DNA of 64,000 nt. Source: Escherichia phage vB_EcoM_SP1. The position numbers and the translations under genes were made by a program. This document shows positions 27,153 through 36,754 of the stretch, piece by piece. The notes beneath the pieces are model-generated. The model did no database searches, had not been told where the DNA came from, and worked only from the letters and a program-made list of their open reading frames with translations. The stretch lies in the sequence record MT682709.1; one strand, written 5' to 3'. Numbering within the stretch: position 1 is the first letter of the stretch; each line of letters opens with the position of its first letter.

Positions 27153-27416
27153 ATGTTTAAAGTATATGGTTATGATAGCAACATTCATAAATGTGTGTAT
27201 TGCGATAATGCAAAACGTCTTTTGACCGTGAAGAAACAGCCGTTTGAATTTATCAACATTATGCCGGAAAAAGGTGTTTTTGATGATGAGAAAATCGCTG
27301 AGCTTCTGACTAAACTAGGTCGTGATACTCAAATCGGCTTGACAATGCCCCAGGTATTTGCTCCTGATGGAAGTCATATTGGTGGATTTGACCAACTGCG
27401 AGAATACTTTAAATGA
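27153..27416 (+). CDS. nrdC: thioredoxin/glutaredoxin NrdC
   Basis: 87 aa; MFKVYGYDSNIHKCVYCDNAKRLL... with CVYC active site; matches recalled T4 NrdC. Confidence 0.9.
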   Translation: MFKVYGYDSNIHKCVYCDNAKRLLTVKKQPFEFINIMPEKGVFDDEKIAELLTKLGRDTQIGLTMPQVFAPDGSHIGGFDQLREYFK

Positions 27417-27628
27417 TGCTCGAAGGAACTGATTATATCCATGACTACCGCGGAAGCGCGGTATATGTAGGTGATGAAGTTGCAGTTTATTATGGGTATG
27501 GAACTTTGATGACAGCCAAGGTTATTCAAATTAAAAATAATCGTGCTAAACTCGAAGTTTATTATTCTAATGGTGAAAAGTCTATTTCTAAGTGGAAATA
27601 CGGCGATTGTATGGTTAAATTGGGGTAA
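27413..27628 (+). CDS. hypothetical protein (71 aa)
   Basis: ATG overlapping nrdC stop. Confidence 0.5.
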   Translation: MMLEGTDYIHDYRGSAVYVGDEVAVYYGYGTLMTAKVIQIKNNRAKLEVYYSNGEKSISKWKYGDCMVKLG

Positions 27629-27630
27629 AT

Positions 27631-27801
27631 ATGATTTACGATATTAATGTATCACGAGCTCCGTCAATGGTTACTATTCCAGCCGAAGAACTAGATCGTC
27701 TTCAGAAAATTGAAGAACTTCTTTGGGAAATTGAATGTGCCCTGCCATCAGGACTAGAATCCTGGATTGATGATGAAGAACTTAATAAATTGCGAAATTA
27801 A
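27631..27801 (+). CDS. hypothetical small protein (56 aa)
   Basis: ATG 27631 right after previous stop; below ORF-track cutoff. Confidence 0.4.
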   Translation: MIYDINVSRAPSMVTIPAEELDRLQKIEELLWEIECALPSGLESWIDDEELNKLRN

Positions 27802-27811
27802 TTGGTGAAAA

Positions 27812-28132
27812 ATGACTATTGAAAATAAATTAGATGTTGATGCAGTTCTGAGCGAAATCATTGAAGACCATGATGCATTTTCGGAAAACTATGATTTCGA
27901 TTTTTCCGATTATCTTAAACCTGTCGAAATAGAAGACTGGGTGCAAGATGGTAAATGTCAATATCGTCAGTGTGTTTACTTTAGTCCAAAACATAATGTA
28001 CATGTGGCTGTAAATGAATCTCGCTCAGGTTCTTACCATTCTGACTGGTATTATGCAGTTCCTACCGTTGAACTGGTTGAGCTTCGAGAACGTGTAGTAA
28101 CTCAGACAGTACGAGAATGGATTACGCTATAA
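27812..28132 (+). CDS. hypothetical acidic protein (106 aa)
   Basis: ATG with GGTGAAAAATG leader. Confidence 0.55.
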   Translation: MTIENKLDVDAVLSEIIEDHDAFSENYDFDFSDYLKPVEIEDWVQDGKCQYRQCVYFSPKHNVHVAVNESRSGSYHSDWYYAVPTVELVELRERVVTQTVREWITL

Positions 28133-28255
28133 AACCTTGGTGGGCGGCTAGATGGGAAACTGTAGAGCCAGAGCCGGAAGAACCGGTTTACACTGATGAA
28201 GAAACAGTATATAATGAACCAACGATAAATGACTTAATTGATATGGAGATGGGAC

Positions 28256-28702
28256 ATGATTACAGTAGATAAGTGGTTTAGAATTAATCGTGCTGATACA
28301 GGGCTGTGTAATTACTGGCCGGAACTTAGTGCAGGTGCTGTCTTTAAAGTTCGTGAACTTGCAAAAGAATGTGAAGATGATATAGAGCCTGACACTGGAA
28401 TTATTGAAATTGAACTTTCTGATGGAAAGATTATTAACATCTACGATAAGCCAATTACGTATTGGTGCTTATGGAATACTGAATCAGTAGAAAATGGTGA
28501 AATTGAAGAAGTTGTAGAGAGAACTAATCAAGTTGTTCAGAAGCCCAAAGCCGATTTTCAAGGTGAACGTATTTCATACGCATTAGCTAAATTAGCTGCG
28601 CAAGAAAATAACGATGGCTATGAAGGAAATTTGATGCAAGCTGCGGCAGAATATATTGAATGGCTTGAAACTCAAAATTCTTTTTCTGACAGGACATTTT
28701 AA
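28256..28702 (+). CDS. hypothetical protein (148 aa)
   Basis: ATG 28256 in track frame (track begins at TTG 28238). Confidence 0.5.
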   Translation: MITVDKWFRINRADTGLCNYWPELSAGAVFKVRELAKECEDDIEPDTGIIEIELSDGKIINIYDKPITYWCLWNTESVENGEIEEVVERTNQVVQKPKADFQGERISYALAKLAAQENNDGYEGNLMQAAAEYIEWLETQNSFSDRTF

Positions 28703-28878
28703 TGAAAACCGAATTGGTTTATACTGAAAAGTTAAATGGCGGTAAGGTTTGGAAACTTTTTATTAAAGGACATTCTACGGACCCTCATATGACTACTTGC
28801 GTAGGAACTTATTCTCGTCCTACTAAAAAGATGATTCGACAGTATAAACGATTGCATCGAATGTTTTACAATACTTGA
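28702..28878 (+). CDS. hypothetical small basic protein (58 aa)
   Basis: ATG 28702 (TAATG overlap); below ORF-track cutoff; hairpin ACCCTTA...TAAGGGT downstream. Confidence 0.4.
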   Translation: MKTELVYTEKLNGGKVWKLFIKGHSTDPHMTTCVGTYSRPTKKMIRQYKRLHRMFYNT

Positions 28879-28919
28879 AAATAATAAATACCCTTATCTA
28901 TTTAAGGTAAGGGTTTATT

Positions 28920-29393
28920 ATGTTATTGACTGGCAAATTATATAAAGAAGAAAAACAGAAATTTTATGATGCACAAAACGGTAAATGCTTAATTTGCCAA
29001 CGAGAACTAAATCCTGATGTTCAAGCTAATCACCTAGATCATGACCATGAATTAAATGGACCAAAAGCAGGAAAGGTACGTGGATTGCTTTGTAATCTCT
29101 GTAATGCCGCAGAAGGTCAAATGAAGCATAAATTTAATCGTTCTGGCTTAAAGGGACAAGGTGTTGATTATCTTGAATGGTTAGAAAATTTACTTACTTA
29201 TTTAAAATCCGATTACACCCAAAATAATATTCACCCTAACTTTGTTGGAGATAAATCAAAGGAATTTTCTCGTTTAGGAAAAGAGGAAATGATGGCCGAG
29301 ATGCTTCAAAGAGGATTTGAATATAATGAATCTGACACCAAAACACAATTAATAGCTTCATTTAAGAAGCAGCTTAGAAAGAGTTTAAAATGA
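28920..29393 (+). CDS. 49: endonuclease VII (Holliday-junction resolvase)
   Basis: 157 aa; MLLTGKLYKEEKQKFYDAQNGKCLICQRELN... matches recalled T4 gp49. Confidence 0.9.
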   Translation: MLLTGKLYKEEKQKFYDAQNGKCLICQRELNPDVQANHLDHDHELNGPKAGKVRGLLCNLCNAAEGQMKHKFNRSGLKGQGVDYLEWLENLLTYLKSDYTQNNIHPNFVGDKSKEFSRLGKEEMMAEMLQRGFEYNESDTKTQLIASFKKQLRKSLK

Positions 29394-29927
29394 CAATTGA
29401 AAAAGAAATTGAAGGATTGATTCATAAAACTAATAAAGACCTTTTAAACGAGAATGCTAATAAAGATTCTCGTGTTTTTCCAACTCAACGGGACCTTATG
29501 GCTGGTATTGTGTCTAAACACATTGCCAAAAATATGGTCCCGTCTTTTATTATGAAAGCGCATGAAAGCGGAATTATCCATTTCCACGATATTGATTATT
29601 CCCCTGCTCTTCCATTTACTAATTGTTGTTTAGTAGATTTAAAAGGAATGCTTGAGAACGGATTTAAGCTAGGTAATGCACAGATTGAAACTCCTAAATC
29701 AATTGGCGTTGCTACTGCAATTATGGCACAAATTACTGCACAGGTTGCTTCTCACCAATACGGCGGAACGACTTTTGCGAATGTAGATAAAGTACTTTCT
29801 CCTTATGTTAAACGCACCTATGCAAAACATATTGAGGATGCAGAAAAATGGCAAATCGCTGATGCGTTGAATTATGCTCAATCTAAAACAGAAAAAGACG
29901 TATACGATGCATTCCAGGCGTATGAGT
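29390..29927 (+). CDS. nrdD: anaerobic ribonucleotide reductase NrdD, exon 1
   Basis: ATG overlaps gene 49 stop; exon ends at T29927 where exon ATGAGT can pair with intron GCTCAT (P1 with U.G at the splice site); in-frame stop follows in the intron. Confidence 0.8.
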
Positions 29928-30138
29928 TAATTTAATTCAGGCTCATGTAAAACCGGTCTAAACGGGGAACCTCTCTAGTAGACAATCCCGTGCTAAATGT
30001 TCTTTTGAACTAAATGCCTAACGACTAACCGTGATGAATGTAGCGGTGTAGAATAGAAGCTAATGCTATTCGAAACGGCCGGCATCGAAAGATGAAGATA
30101 TAGTCTAATCTGCATGGCGACATGCAGCAGTCATCTTG

Positions 30139-30146
30139 TATAAATA
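30139..30146 (+). promoter_or_regulatory. T4 late promoter (TATAAATA) inside the intron
   Basis: Exact TATAAATA 30 bp upstream of the I-TevII ATG. Confidence 0.6.
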
Positions 30147-30175
30147 AGATTATCTTATGAATACGAGGTGAAACA

Positions 30176-30946
30176 ATGAAATGGATAAAAAGACGTTGTA
30201 CTAAAATAAAAGATAAAGACGCATTTACATACTTAGTTAAGTTTTCTAATGGCGACATTTATATCGGTTATAAAAAATTTAGAACAATTAAAAACAAGCC
30301 CACAAACTGGAAAACTTACACAACGTCATCTAAGTATATAAATGAACGCTTAAAAACTGATACACCTACTAAATGGATAATTTTAAAAACATTTGATAGT
30401 TATAAAGATGCATTAAAACATGAAGAAGAGGTCATACGTAAATATTTTTATAGCAAAAAATGTTTAAATAAATCCATAGGCGGTAAAAAGTTTTATAAGC
30501 ATCCGGATACTGAAGAACATATTCAAAAATTAAGAGATGCTCATAAGGGTAAAGTGTTATCCGAATCTCATAAAAACAATATAAAATCTTCTGTAGCTGA
30601 ATATTATGCTAAAAACGGAAGATCTAAGGAACATGTGCAAAATAATATCAATAGTCGAAAAAGTAAAAAACAAGTATCGATAAAGCTTAAAAATAAAACT
30701 TTTAGAAGTTTTAAAAAAGCAGCGGAATATTTAAATTGCACTGAAAGTGAAGTCGAAACTCATCCTCTTGTTTTGAGTATTAAGACTACTATTCATAAAG
30801 TTCCTGAATATGTGGTTGTTGACGGTATTAAGTATACGTCTTATATAGAAGCAGCTAAAGCGCTAAATTTTCATCCTAGCACTATAAAAGAACGTTGCAT
30901 ATCTATGGACTATCCAAATTTTGTTGTTTCATATAAACGGGCATGA
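30176..30946 (+). CDS. I-TevII: GIY-YIG homing endonuclease I-TevII
   Basis: 256 aa; GIY-YIG motif YLVKFSNGDIYIGYK; encoded within the nrdD intron. Confidence 0.85.
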   Translation: MKWIKRRCTKIKDKDAFTYLVKFSNGDIYIGYKKFRTIKNKPTNWKTYTTSSKYINERLKTDTPTKWIILKTFDSYKDALKHEEEVIRKYFYSKKCLNKSIGGKKFYKHPDTEEHIQKLRDAHKGKVLSESHKNNIKSSVAEYYAKNGRSKEHVQNNINSRKSKKQVSIKLKNKTFRSFKKAAEYLNCTESEVETHPLVLSIKTTIHKVPEYVVVDGIKYTSYIEAAKALNFHPSTIKERCISMDYPNFVVSYKRA

Positions 30947-30960
30947 ATTTGCGACTCATG

Positions 30961-32252
30961 CTGAATATAATGATGAAGTAAATACACTTTTCAGCTCTAA
31001 CGGACAAACGCCTTTTGTAACAATTACATTTGGTACGGGAACTGACTGGACTGAACGAATGATTCAGAAAGCAATTCTGAAAAATCGCATTAAAGGTCTT
31101 GGTCGTGACGGGATAACTCCTATTTTTCCTAAGCTTGTTATGTTCGTTGAAGAAGGTGTTAATCTTTATAAAGACGATCCGAACTATGATATTAAGCAGC
31201 TTGCTTTAGAGTGCGCAAGCAAAAGAATGTATCCTGACATCATTTCTGCTAAGAACAATAAAGCTATCACCGGTTCATCTATTCCTGTTTCTCCAATGGG
31301 TTGCCGTAGTTTCTTGAGCGTATGGAAAGATTCGACTGGTAATGAAATTCTTGACGGTCGTAATAATCTTGGCGTTGTAACACTGAATCTTCCTCGCATC
31401 GCATTAGATTCTTATATTGGAACACAGTTCAATGAACAGAAATTTACTGAATTATTCAATGAGCGAATGGATTTATGTTTTGAAGCATTGATGTGTAGAA
31501 TTAGTTCCTTAAAGGGAGTTAAAGCTACTGTTGCTCCTATTCTTTACCAAGAAGGTGCATTCGGGGTTCGTCTTAAACCTGATGACGATATAATTGAGTT
31601 ATTTAAAAACGGTAGAAGTTCAGTGTCCTTAGGATACATTGGTATTCACGAATTGAATATTCTTGTCGGTCGTGATATTGGACGAGAAATTTTAACTAAA
31701 ATGAATGCTCATCTTAAACAGTGGACTGAAAGAACCGGATTTGCTTTTAGTTTATATTCTACTCCTGCTGAAAACCTTTGTTATCGCTTCTGTAAACTCG
31801 ATACAGAAAAATATGGAAGCGTAAAAGATGTTACCGATAAAGGCTGGTACACTAACAGTTTCCATGTTTCAGTAGAAGAAAATATTACTCCGTTTGAAAA
31901 GATTTCTCGTGAAGCGCCATATCATTTCATTGCGACAGGTGGTCACATTTCTTATGTTGAACTTCCTGATATGAAAAATAACTTAAAAGGTCTTGAGGCC
32001 GTATGGGATTATGCTGCACAACATTTAGATTATTTTGGTGTTAATATGCCAGTAGATAAATGTTTTACATGCGGAAGTACCCATGAAATGACTCCTACTG
32101 AAAACGGATTTGTTTGTTCTATTTGTGGAGAAACTGATCCTAAAAAGATGAATACCATAAGAAGAACATGTGGTTATTTGGGAAATCCGAACGAACGCGG
32201 ATTTAATCTCGGTAAAAATAAAGAAATCATGCATAGGGTTAAGCATCAATGA
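30961..32252 (+). CDS. nrdD: anaerobic ribonucleotide reductase NrdD, exon 2
   Basis: Glycyl-radical motif RRTCGYLG near the C-terminus; frame continuous with exon 1 after splicing (about 609 aa). Confidence 0.8.
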
Positions 32253-32719
32253 ATTATGATAGATTTTATCCTTGTGATTTTGTGAATGGCCCTGGTTGCA
32301 GGGTCGTTCTTTTCGTTACAGGTTGTTTGCATAAATGTGAAGGGTGTTATAATAAATCAACATGGAATGCTAGAAATGGTATTCCATTCACTGGTGAAAC
32401 ACTAGAGCAATTAATTGAATGTTTGAATAATGATTATATAGAAGGATTGACTATAACTGGAGGTGACCCTCTCTATCCTGATAACCGAGATGTTATTCAT
32501 TGCATTGTTCAAACAGTAAAAAATCTTTATCCCAATAAAAGCATTTGGTTGTGGACAGGATATAAATTTGAAGATATTAAACAACTAGAAATGCTTAAAT
32601 ATGTTGATGTTATTATTGATGGGAAGTATGAGAAAAATCTTCCGACTAAAAAGCTGTGGCGAGGATCAGATAATCAGCGACTTTGGTCAAATACCGATGG
32701 GGTGTGGAAACATGATTAA
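32249..32719 (+). CDS. nrdG: anaerobic RNR activating enzyme NrdG (radical SAM)
   Basis: CxxxCxxC motif (GCLHKCEGCYNK); ATG overlaps nrdD stop. Confidence 0.85.
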   Translation: MNYDRFYPCDFVNGPGCRVVLFVTGCLHKCEGCYNKSTWNARNGIPFTGETLEQLIECLNNDYIEGLTITGGDPLYPDNRDVIHCIVQTVKNLYPNKSIWLWTGYKFEDIKQLEMLKYVDVIIDGKYEKNLPTKKLWRGSDNQRLWSNTDGVWKHD

Positions 32720-32834
32720 ATTGAATTATATTATGGATACTATAAATGATATGATTTTTCATTTTGGTCCAGAATTTTATTCGCAGTATAGTTTAGTGCT
32801 TATCAATGCTTGGTTAATCAATTAAGGGTAAAAT

Positions 32835-33047
32835 ATGTATAAATTTCGTAAAGGTTTAGCTGATTTTCTTACAACTGTAACATTCTTTCTGTTTATGGCA
32901 GTTGGAGCTATTTTCCTTATTCCTTTTATTGCTATATTTTTCGTGATTAGTTTAATTTCTCCAGAAAAGGGCTTATCTTCCAGTGAGTTCAGTGAGCGTC
33001 TGGATAAAATTACTAACAAGCTGAATGCTGCTCTTAGTAAGGAATAG
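32835..33047 (+). CDS. small membrane protein (70 aa)
   Basis: Hydrophobic TM segment, AAGGGTAAAATATG leader. Confidence 0.5.
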   Translation: MYKFRKGLADFLTTVTFFLFMAVGAIFLIPFIAIFFVISLISPEKGLSSSEFSERLDKITNKLNAALSKE

Positions 33048-33049
33048 TT

Positions 33050-33358
33050 GTGAAACAAAATAAGATTGAAGTCTATGGAATTCCAGATGAAGTAGGTCGT
33101 TGTCCTGGATGTCAATCAGTTACAAAACTTCTAAAGGAGCTCAATGCTCCTTTTACTTTCTATAAAGTTCTTACAAATAATGGTAAGATTGAGTATGATC
33201 GTCCACTGATTGTATCTCTTGCTAAACGCGCTGGATTCACATCTCTTAACATTCGTTATCCAGTCATTTTCATTAATGATTCTAGACAAAAGAACATTAA
33301 ACACTTCAAAGAAACTCTCATTTCACTTGGATATGATAGAGATATCATAGAAGATTAA
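33050..33358 (+). CDS. nrdH: glutaredoxin-like protein NrdH
   Basis: CPGC redox motif; probable GTG start after AAGGAATAG; position as T4 nrdH. Confidence 0.7.
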   Translation: MKQNKIEVYGIPDEVGRCPGCQSVTKLLKELNAPFTFYKVLTNNGKIEYDRPLIVSLAKRAGFTSLNIRYPVIFINDSRQKNIKHFKETLISLGYDRDIIED

Positions 33359-33361
33359 GAC

Positions 33362-33384
33362 GGGCCCTCTGGGCCTTTCTTTCT
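33362..33384 (+). terminator. rho-independent terminator-like hairpin
   Basis: GGCCC-TCT-GGGCC followed by a T-rich tract. Confidence 0.5.
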
Positions 33385-33456
33385 CGCATTCTGTATATTA
33401 CCATTCTAAGCTATCGTTCCCTTCTTGTCATTCCCTAAAATATTTTTCACAAAGTT

Positions 33457-33486
33457 GTTTACAACAAGTTCAAACCGTGGTATTAT
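33457..33486 (+). promoter_or_regulatory. T4-type early promoter
   Basis: TTTTCACAAAG UP-like element, GTTTAC 33457-33462, TATTAT 33481-33486. Confidence 0.55.
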
Positions 33487-33516
33487 TAACATATGAATTA
33501 CCTTTGAGGAATTGAT

Positions 33517-33693
33517 ATGGTTGATAAAGAGATTAAAATTGACCAGTATTATCGTGTTAACGGACATATCGTTATTGTTACAGCAGTCGATGATCTAGAT
33601 GTTCATTATACTGTGATTAAATGGAACAAACGTATGATTTGTGACCGTGCTGTATTTAGTTCAGTTGCTAAGGAAATTAAACTCCATGGGTAA
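33517..33693 (+). CDS. hypothetical small protein (58 aa)
   Basis: ATG 33517 after GAGGAATTGAT; below ORF-track cutoff. Confidence 0.45.
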   Translation: MVDKEIKIDQYYRVNGHIVIVTAVDDLDVHYTVIKWNKRMICDRAVFSSVAKEIKLHG

Positions 33694-33979
33694 AACGTAT
33701 CGTCGTAAAGACTTGAAAGTTCGTGATTATGACTATTTCGGAAAGCGTAAAGCTCCTGATGGTGTAAGTCATAAAGATATGGTTGAAAACATTTTTCGCT
33801 CTGATAAATGGCGTAGAATGAAAGGCATTGATTCAGAAGTTAAAGATGAGTTAAATCGTCAATTACGCGGTGAAGTAAGAAAGTTGAAAAAATCAGTTTA
33901 CATTGACGATGATTTTGATTATAATACTTCTCAACGAGTTGCTAAACGTAAATCAAACGAGTGCTATCGTTACAGCTGA
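33686..33979 (+). CDS. hypothetical basic protein (97 aa)
   Basis: ATG 33686 in track frame. Confidence 0.5.
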   Translation: MGKTYRRKDLKVRDYDYFGKRKAPDGVSHKDMVENIFRSDKWRRMKGIDSEVKDELNRQLRGEVRKLKKSVYIDDDFDYNTSQRVAKRKSNECYRYS

Positions 33980-33986
33980 GGAAAAT

Positions 33987-34118
33987 ATGAATATCAAACG
34001 CATGCTTTTTAAGCAAGGGCTATACACTTTAAATGTTACTCCAAAGGGTGATACGACCAAGTGGTCAGTAAATGACTGGATTAAATTTATTGATGAAAAC
34101 GGTAATTGGGAAATTTAA
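33987..34118 (+). CDS. hypothetical small protein (43 aa)
   Basis: ATG 33987 after GAGGAAAAT. Confidence 0.4.
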   Translation: MNIKRMLFKQGLYTLNVTPKGDTTKWSVNDWIKFIDENGNWEI

Positions 34119-34319
34119 ATGAATCCTGAATCTAAATTATCGCAGCGAATTGCCGAAGCTCGTCGTCAGTTCTTTGAAAATATGATAGCACAAGGTATTG
34201 ATGACGAAGTTTTTCTGAACTGGTTTTGGAATCACAAATATTCAAGTTGCTCAGGAGCAATATTAATATCAGCCGCAATGATGTATGAAGGCTGGAAGGG
34301 TGCCAAAAAGTTTAGCTAA
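34119..34319 (+). CDS. hypothetical protein (66 aa)
   Basis: ATG overlapping previous stop; followed by terminator. Confidence 0.5.
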   Translation: MNPESKLSQRIAEARRQFFENMIAQGIDDEVFLNWFWNHKYSSCSGAILISAAMMYEGWKGAKKFS

Positions 34320-34336
34320 GGGCTTCGGCCCTTTTT
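34320..34336 (+). terminator. rho-independent terminator (UUCG hairpin)
   Basis: GGGC-TTCG-GCCC followed by TTTTT. Confidence 0.65.
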
Positions 34337-34371
34337 GGATAATAAAATTTTAACGTAATTGAGGATAATGT

Positions 34372-34698
34372 ATGACTATTCAAATTAAAAACGTCATTAA
34401 TTCTTACGCATATGATAAAGTAGTTTCTTTGCTAGAAAAAGGCGATATTGTAACTCCTCAAATTTTGGATAAATGGGAAAAAGAGCTTCATCAGACGATG
34501 AAACAGAATGATCAGAAGATTGGACGCAATACTGTCCGTGAATTGTTGGTTCAATATATCTTGTCAGAATTTGATGTTAAAGCTTTTGGTGTAGAATCTA
34601 AAGCTTATCAAAAGCATGAAATTTCCGATAAAACTATTCGTCGTATGAAAAATCAACGCAAGAAAAAATTTGCAGACCTGAAAATTACTAAGGTATGA
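34372..34698 (+). CDS. hypothetical protein (108 aa)
   Basis: ATG with GAGGATAATGT leader. Confidence 0.55.
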   Translation: MTIQIKNVINSYAYDKVVSLLEKGDIVTPQILDKWEKELHQTMKQNDQKIGRNTVRELLVQYILSEFDVKAFGVESKAYQKHEISDKTIRRMKNQRKKKFADLKITKV

Positions 34699-34916
34699 AT
34701 ATGAACGAAGCTCTTATTAACGATTTACGTCTCGCTGGGTATGAAGTAAATACAAATGGCATTGGTTTAACTCAAATTGAAGGAAATGGATTTATCCTTG
34801 AGTATGAATTTAGCCAATGGTGGTTATATGCCAATTATGGCGAATTGATTGAATATGTTGACCAATTTGATTCACTAGATGCAGCTCTTGAAGCGGCTAA
34901 GTTGATGAATGTATGA
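34695..34916 (+). CDS. hypothetical protein (73 aa)
   Basis: Translationally coupled (ATGA). Confidence 0.5.
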   Translation: MNMNEALINDLRLAGYEVNTNGIGLTQIEGNGFILEYEFSQWWLYANYGELIEYVDQFDSLDAALEAAKLMNV

Positions 34917-35182
34917 AATTTATTAATATTTCTATTACTATTGAAAATTATGGCATTTTCTATGTTGACCAATACATGAAAATTTCATTTTTCCCAAATA
35001 AGACTGGTGTTGGATATTGGGAAAGTCATGTTTCTGAATTAAATGAAAGTGAATATGTTAGCACACATGAAAAGTTTTTAGACTTTTTATATCATGCTGA
35101 TTTAACTAGTCATTATATAGATATTCATGAATTTAAAAAGATGATGGAGAAAGTATTCCAAGCATACTGTTTACTTAGATAA
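34913..35182 (+). CDS. hypothetical protein (89 aa)
   Basis: Translationally coupled. Confidence 0.5.
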   Translation: MKFINISITIENYGIFYVDQYMKISFFPNKTGVGYWESHVSELNESEYVSTHEKFLDFLYHADLTSHYIDIHEFKKMMEKVFQAYCLLR

Positions 35183-35193
35183 CTGATATCCTC

Positions 35194-35223
35194 TATGCTT
35201 TAAGATAGGTCTTCAAATATTAT
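35194..35223 (+). promoter_or_regulatory. candidate T4 middle promoter (MotA box plus -10)
   Basis: TATGCTTTA (35194-35202) about 15 bp upstream of TATTAT (35218-35223), ahead of gene 55. Confidence 0.4.
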
Positions 35224-35260
35224 GATATAATAGATCTATGAATTGAGCTAAGAGGTGAAA

Positions 35261-35818
35261 ATGTCAGAAACTAAGCCTAAATATAATTACGTAAACAATA
35301 AAGAGCTTTTACAAGCTATTATTGATTGGAAAACAGAATTAGCAAATAATAAAGACCCAAATAAAGTAGTTCGTCAGAATGATACTATCGGATTAGCCAT
35401 TATGCTTATTGCAGAAGGCTTATCTAAACGTTTCAACTTTTCAGGATACACCCAGTCTTGGAAACAAGAAATGATTGCAGATGGTATAGAAGCTTCTATT
35501 AAGGGGCTTCACAATTTTGATGAAACGAAATATAAAAACCCACATGCGTATATAACTCAAGCTTGTTTTAATGCATTCGTCCAACGTATTAAAAAAGAAC
35601 GTAAGGAAGTTGCAAAGAAATATAGTTACTTCGTTCACAATGTCTATGACAGCCGTGACGACGATATGGTTGCGTTAGTAGATGAAACTTTTATTCAAGA
35701 CATCTACGATAAAATGACGCATTATGAAGAATCAACCTATAGAACACCGGGGGCTGAAAAGAAAAGTGTTGTAGACGATTCTCCTAGTTTGGATTTTTTA
35801 TATGAGGCTAACGATTAA
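35261..35818 (+). CDS. 55: late-transcription sigma factor gp55
   Basis: 185 aa; [24 protein letters not shown]... matches recalled T4 gp55; ATG 35261 (track begins at GTG 35255). Confidence 0.9.
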
Positions 35819-36020
35819 CCTCTCCGGATTCTTGGAAGAAATACCTGAAGTTGAAGCTATTCCCTATTTACTTAAAATGTATCTCAGGGAAGTTTTAGCT
35901 CTTGACATTGATATTGATCCAGAAAATCCGTATGATACCGCTTTTAAATCTAATGGTGTAGAATTAAACTATCGGTATCATTTAACAGATGATGATTTTT
36001 ATTTTATATTAGAGAAATAA
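35802..36020 (+). CDS. hypothetical acidic protein (72 aa)
   Basis: ATG overlapping the end of gene 55. Confidence 0.45.
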
Positions 36021-36021
36021 T

Positions 36022-36339
36022 ATGACTGATAAACCCGAAATTAATGATGAAGTGGAAAAGCTTATTTCTTCTATTGAAGAAAAGAACCGTCTTGAAGCAG
36101 AAAGAAAAGCAAATAAGTTATTGTCTAAAAATAAACGCGAACTGAATCGTCTTTATAAGCATGCTCAGATTGCGGCTGAAAATAATAATTTTGCTCAATA
36201 CGAATATGCTATCAAGAAAAGTCGGGATATTCTAAAACAGCCATATAACGATGAACTCATCAGTATTCTTTGGAAGACTACTAGATCGCAGATTGAGGAT
36301 ATGATTGATGCTTACACACGTAAAATTCAAGCGTCTTAA
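36022..36339 (+). CDS. hypothetical protein (105 aa)
   Basis: TAATATG start context. Confidence 0.55.
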   Translation: MTDKPEINDEVEKLISSIEEKNRLEAERKANKLLSKNKRELNRLYKHAQIAAENNNFAQYEYAIKKSRDILKQPYNDELISILWKTTRSQIEDMIDAYTRKIQAS

Positions 36340-36511
36340 AATTAATGCAGGATTTACTGAATCTTTGAATGGTCATCTTTGTGTGAAAATTTCTGAAAAA
36401 GAATACCATGATAGTTCAATTAAAGAAGTTAATCCTCCTATTGTAAGAGCAGACCCTAATATGAAAGTGTGGGTTGATTCTTATCAAGTTAAAAAATGGT
36501 GGCAGTTATGA
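36305..36511 (+). CDS. hypothetical protein (68 aa)
   Basis: Overlapping ORF in operon. Confidence 0.45.
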   Translation: MMLTHVKFKRLKINAGFTESLNGHLCVKISEKEYHDSSIKEVNPPIVRADPNMKVWVDSYQVKKWWQL

Positions 36512-36514
36512 AAG

Positions 36515-36688
36515 ATGAACACCCAGACTTCTGAAATAGATTATAATAAAATTCGTTCCTCTAAAGAGGAAATGATGAGACGCTTTAAAGAGTCTCATGA
36601 TAAAGCTAAAGCAGAAGGAACTATAACATATAAGCGCATAAAATTTAGAAGCTCTAATGAGCCTCTGTATGGTGTATTATGCGGATAG
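36515..36688 (+). CDS. hypothetical small protein (57 aa)
   Basis: ATG 36515; ends at a GGAGC-TTCG-GCTCC hairpin (36688-36701); below ORF-track cutoff. Confidence 0.4.
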   Translation: MNTQTSEIDYNKIRSSKEEMMRRFKESHDKAKAEGTITYKRIKFRSSNEPLYGVLCG

Positions 36689-36754
36689 GAGCTTCGGCTC
36701 CTATATTGCTTTATAAATTTTTGGTAAAATAAACCAAAACAAAGAGGATATTAA

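Larger units (their letters stand above)
29928..30960 (+). mobile_element. group I self-splicing intron (nrdD/sunY type), 1033 nt, carrying a homing endonuclease ORF
   Basis: 5' splice site after U with P1 pairing, intron ends in G30960, splicing restores the NrdD frame; length matches the recalled T4 nrdD intron. Confidence 0.8.

Noticed and set aside
28117-28272. Small ORF (52 aa) overlapping the start of the 28256 gene
   Set aside because: No RBS and it overlaps two better-supported genes out of frame.
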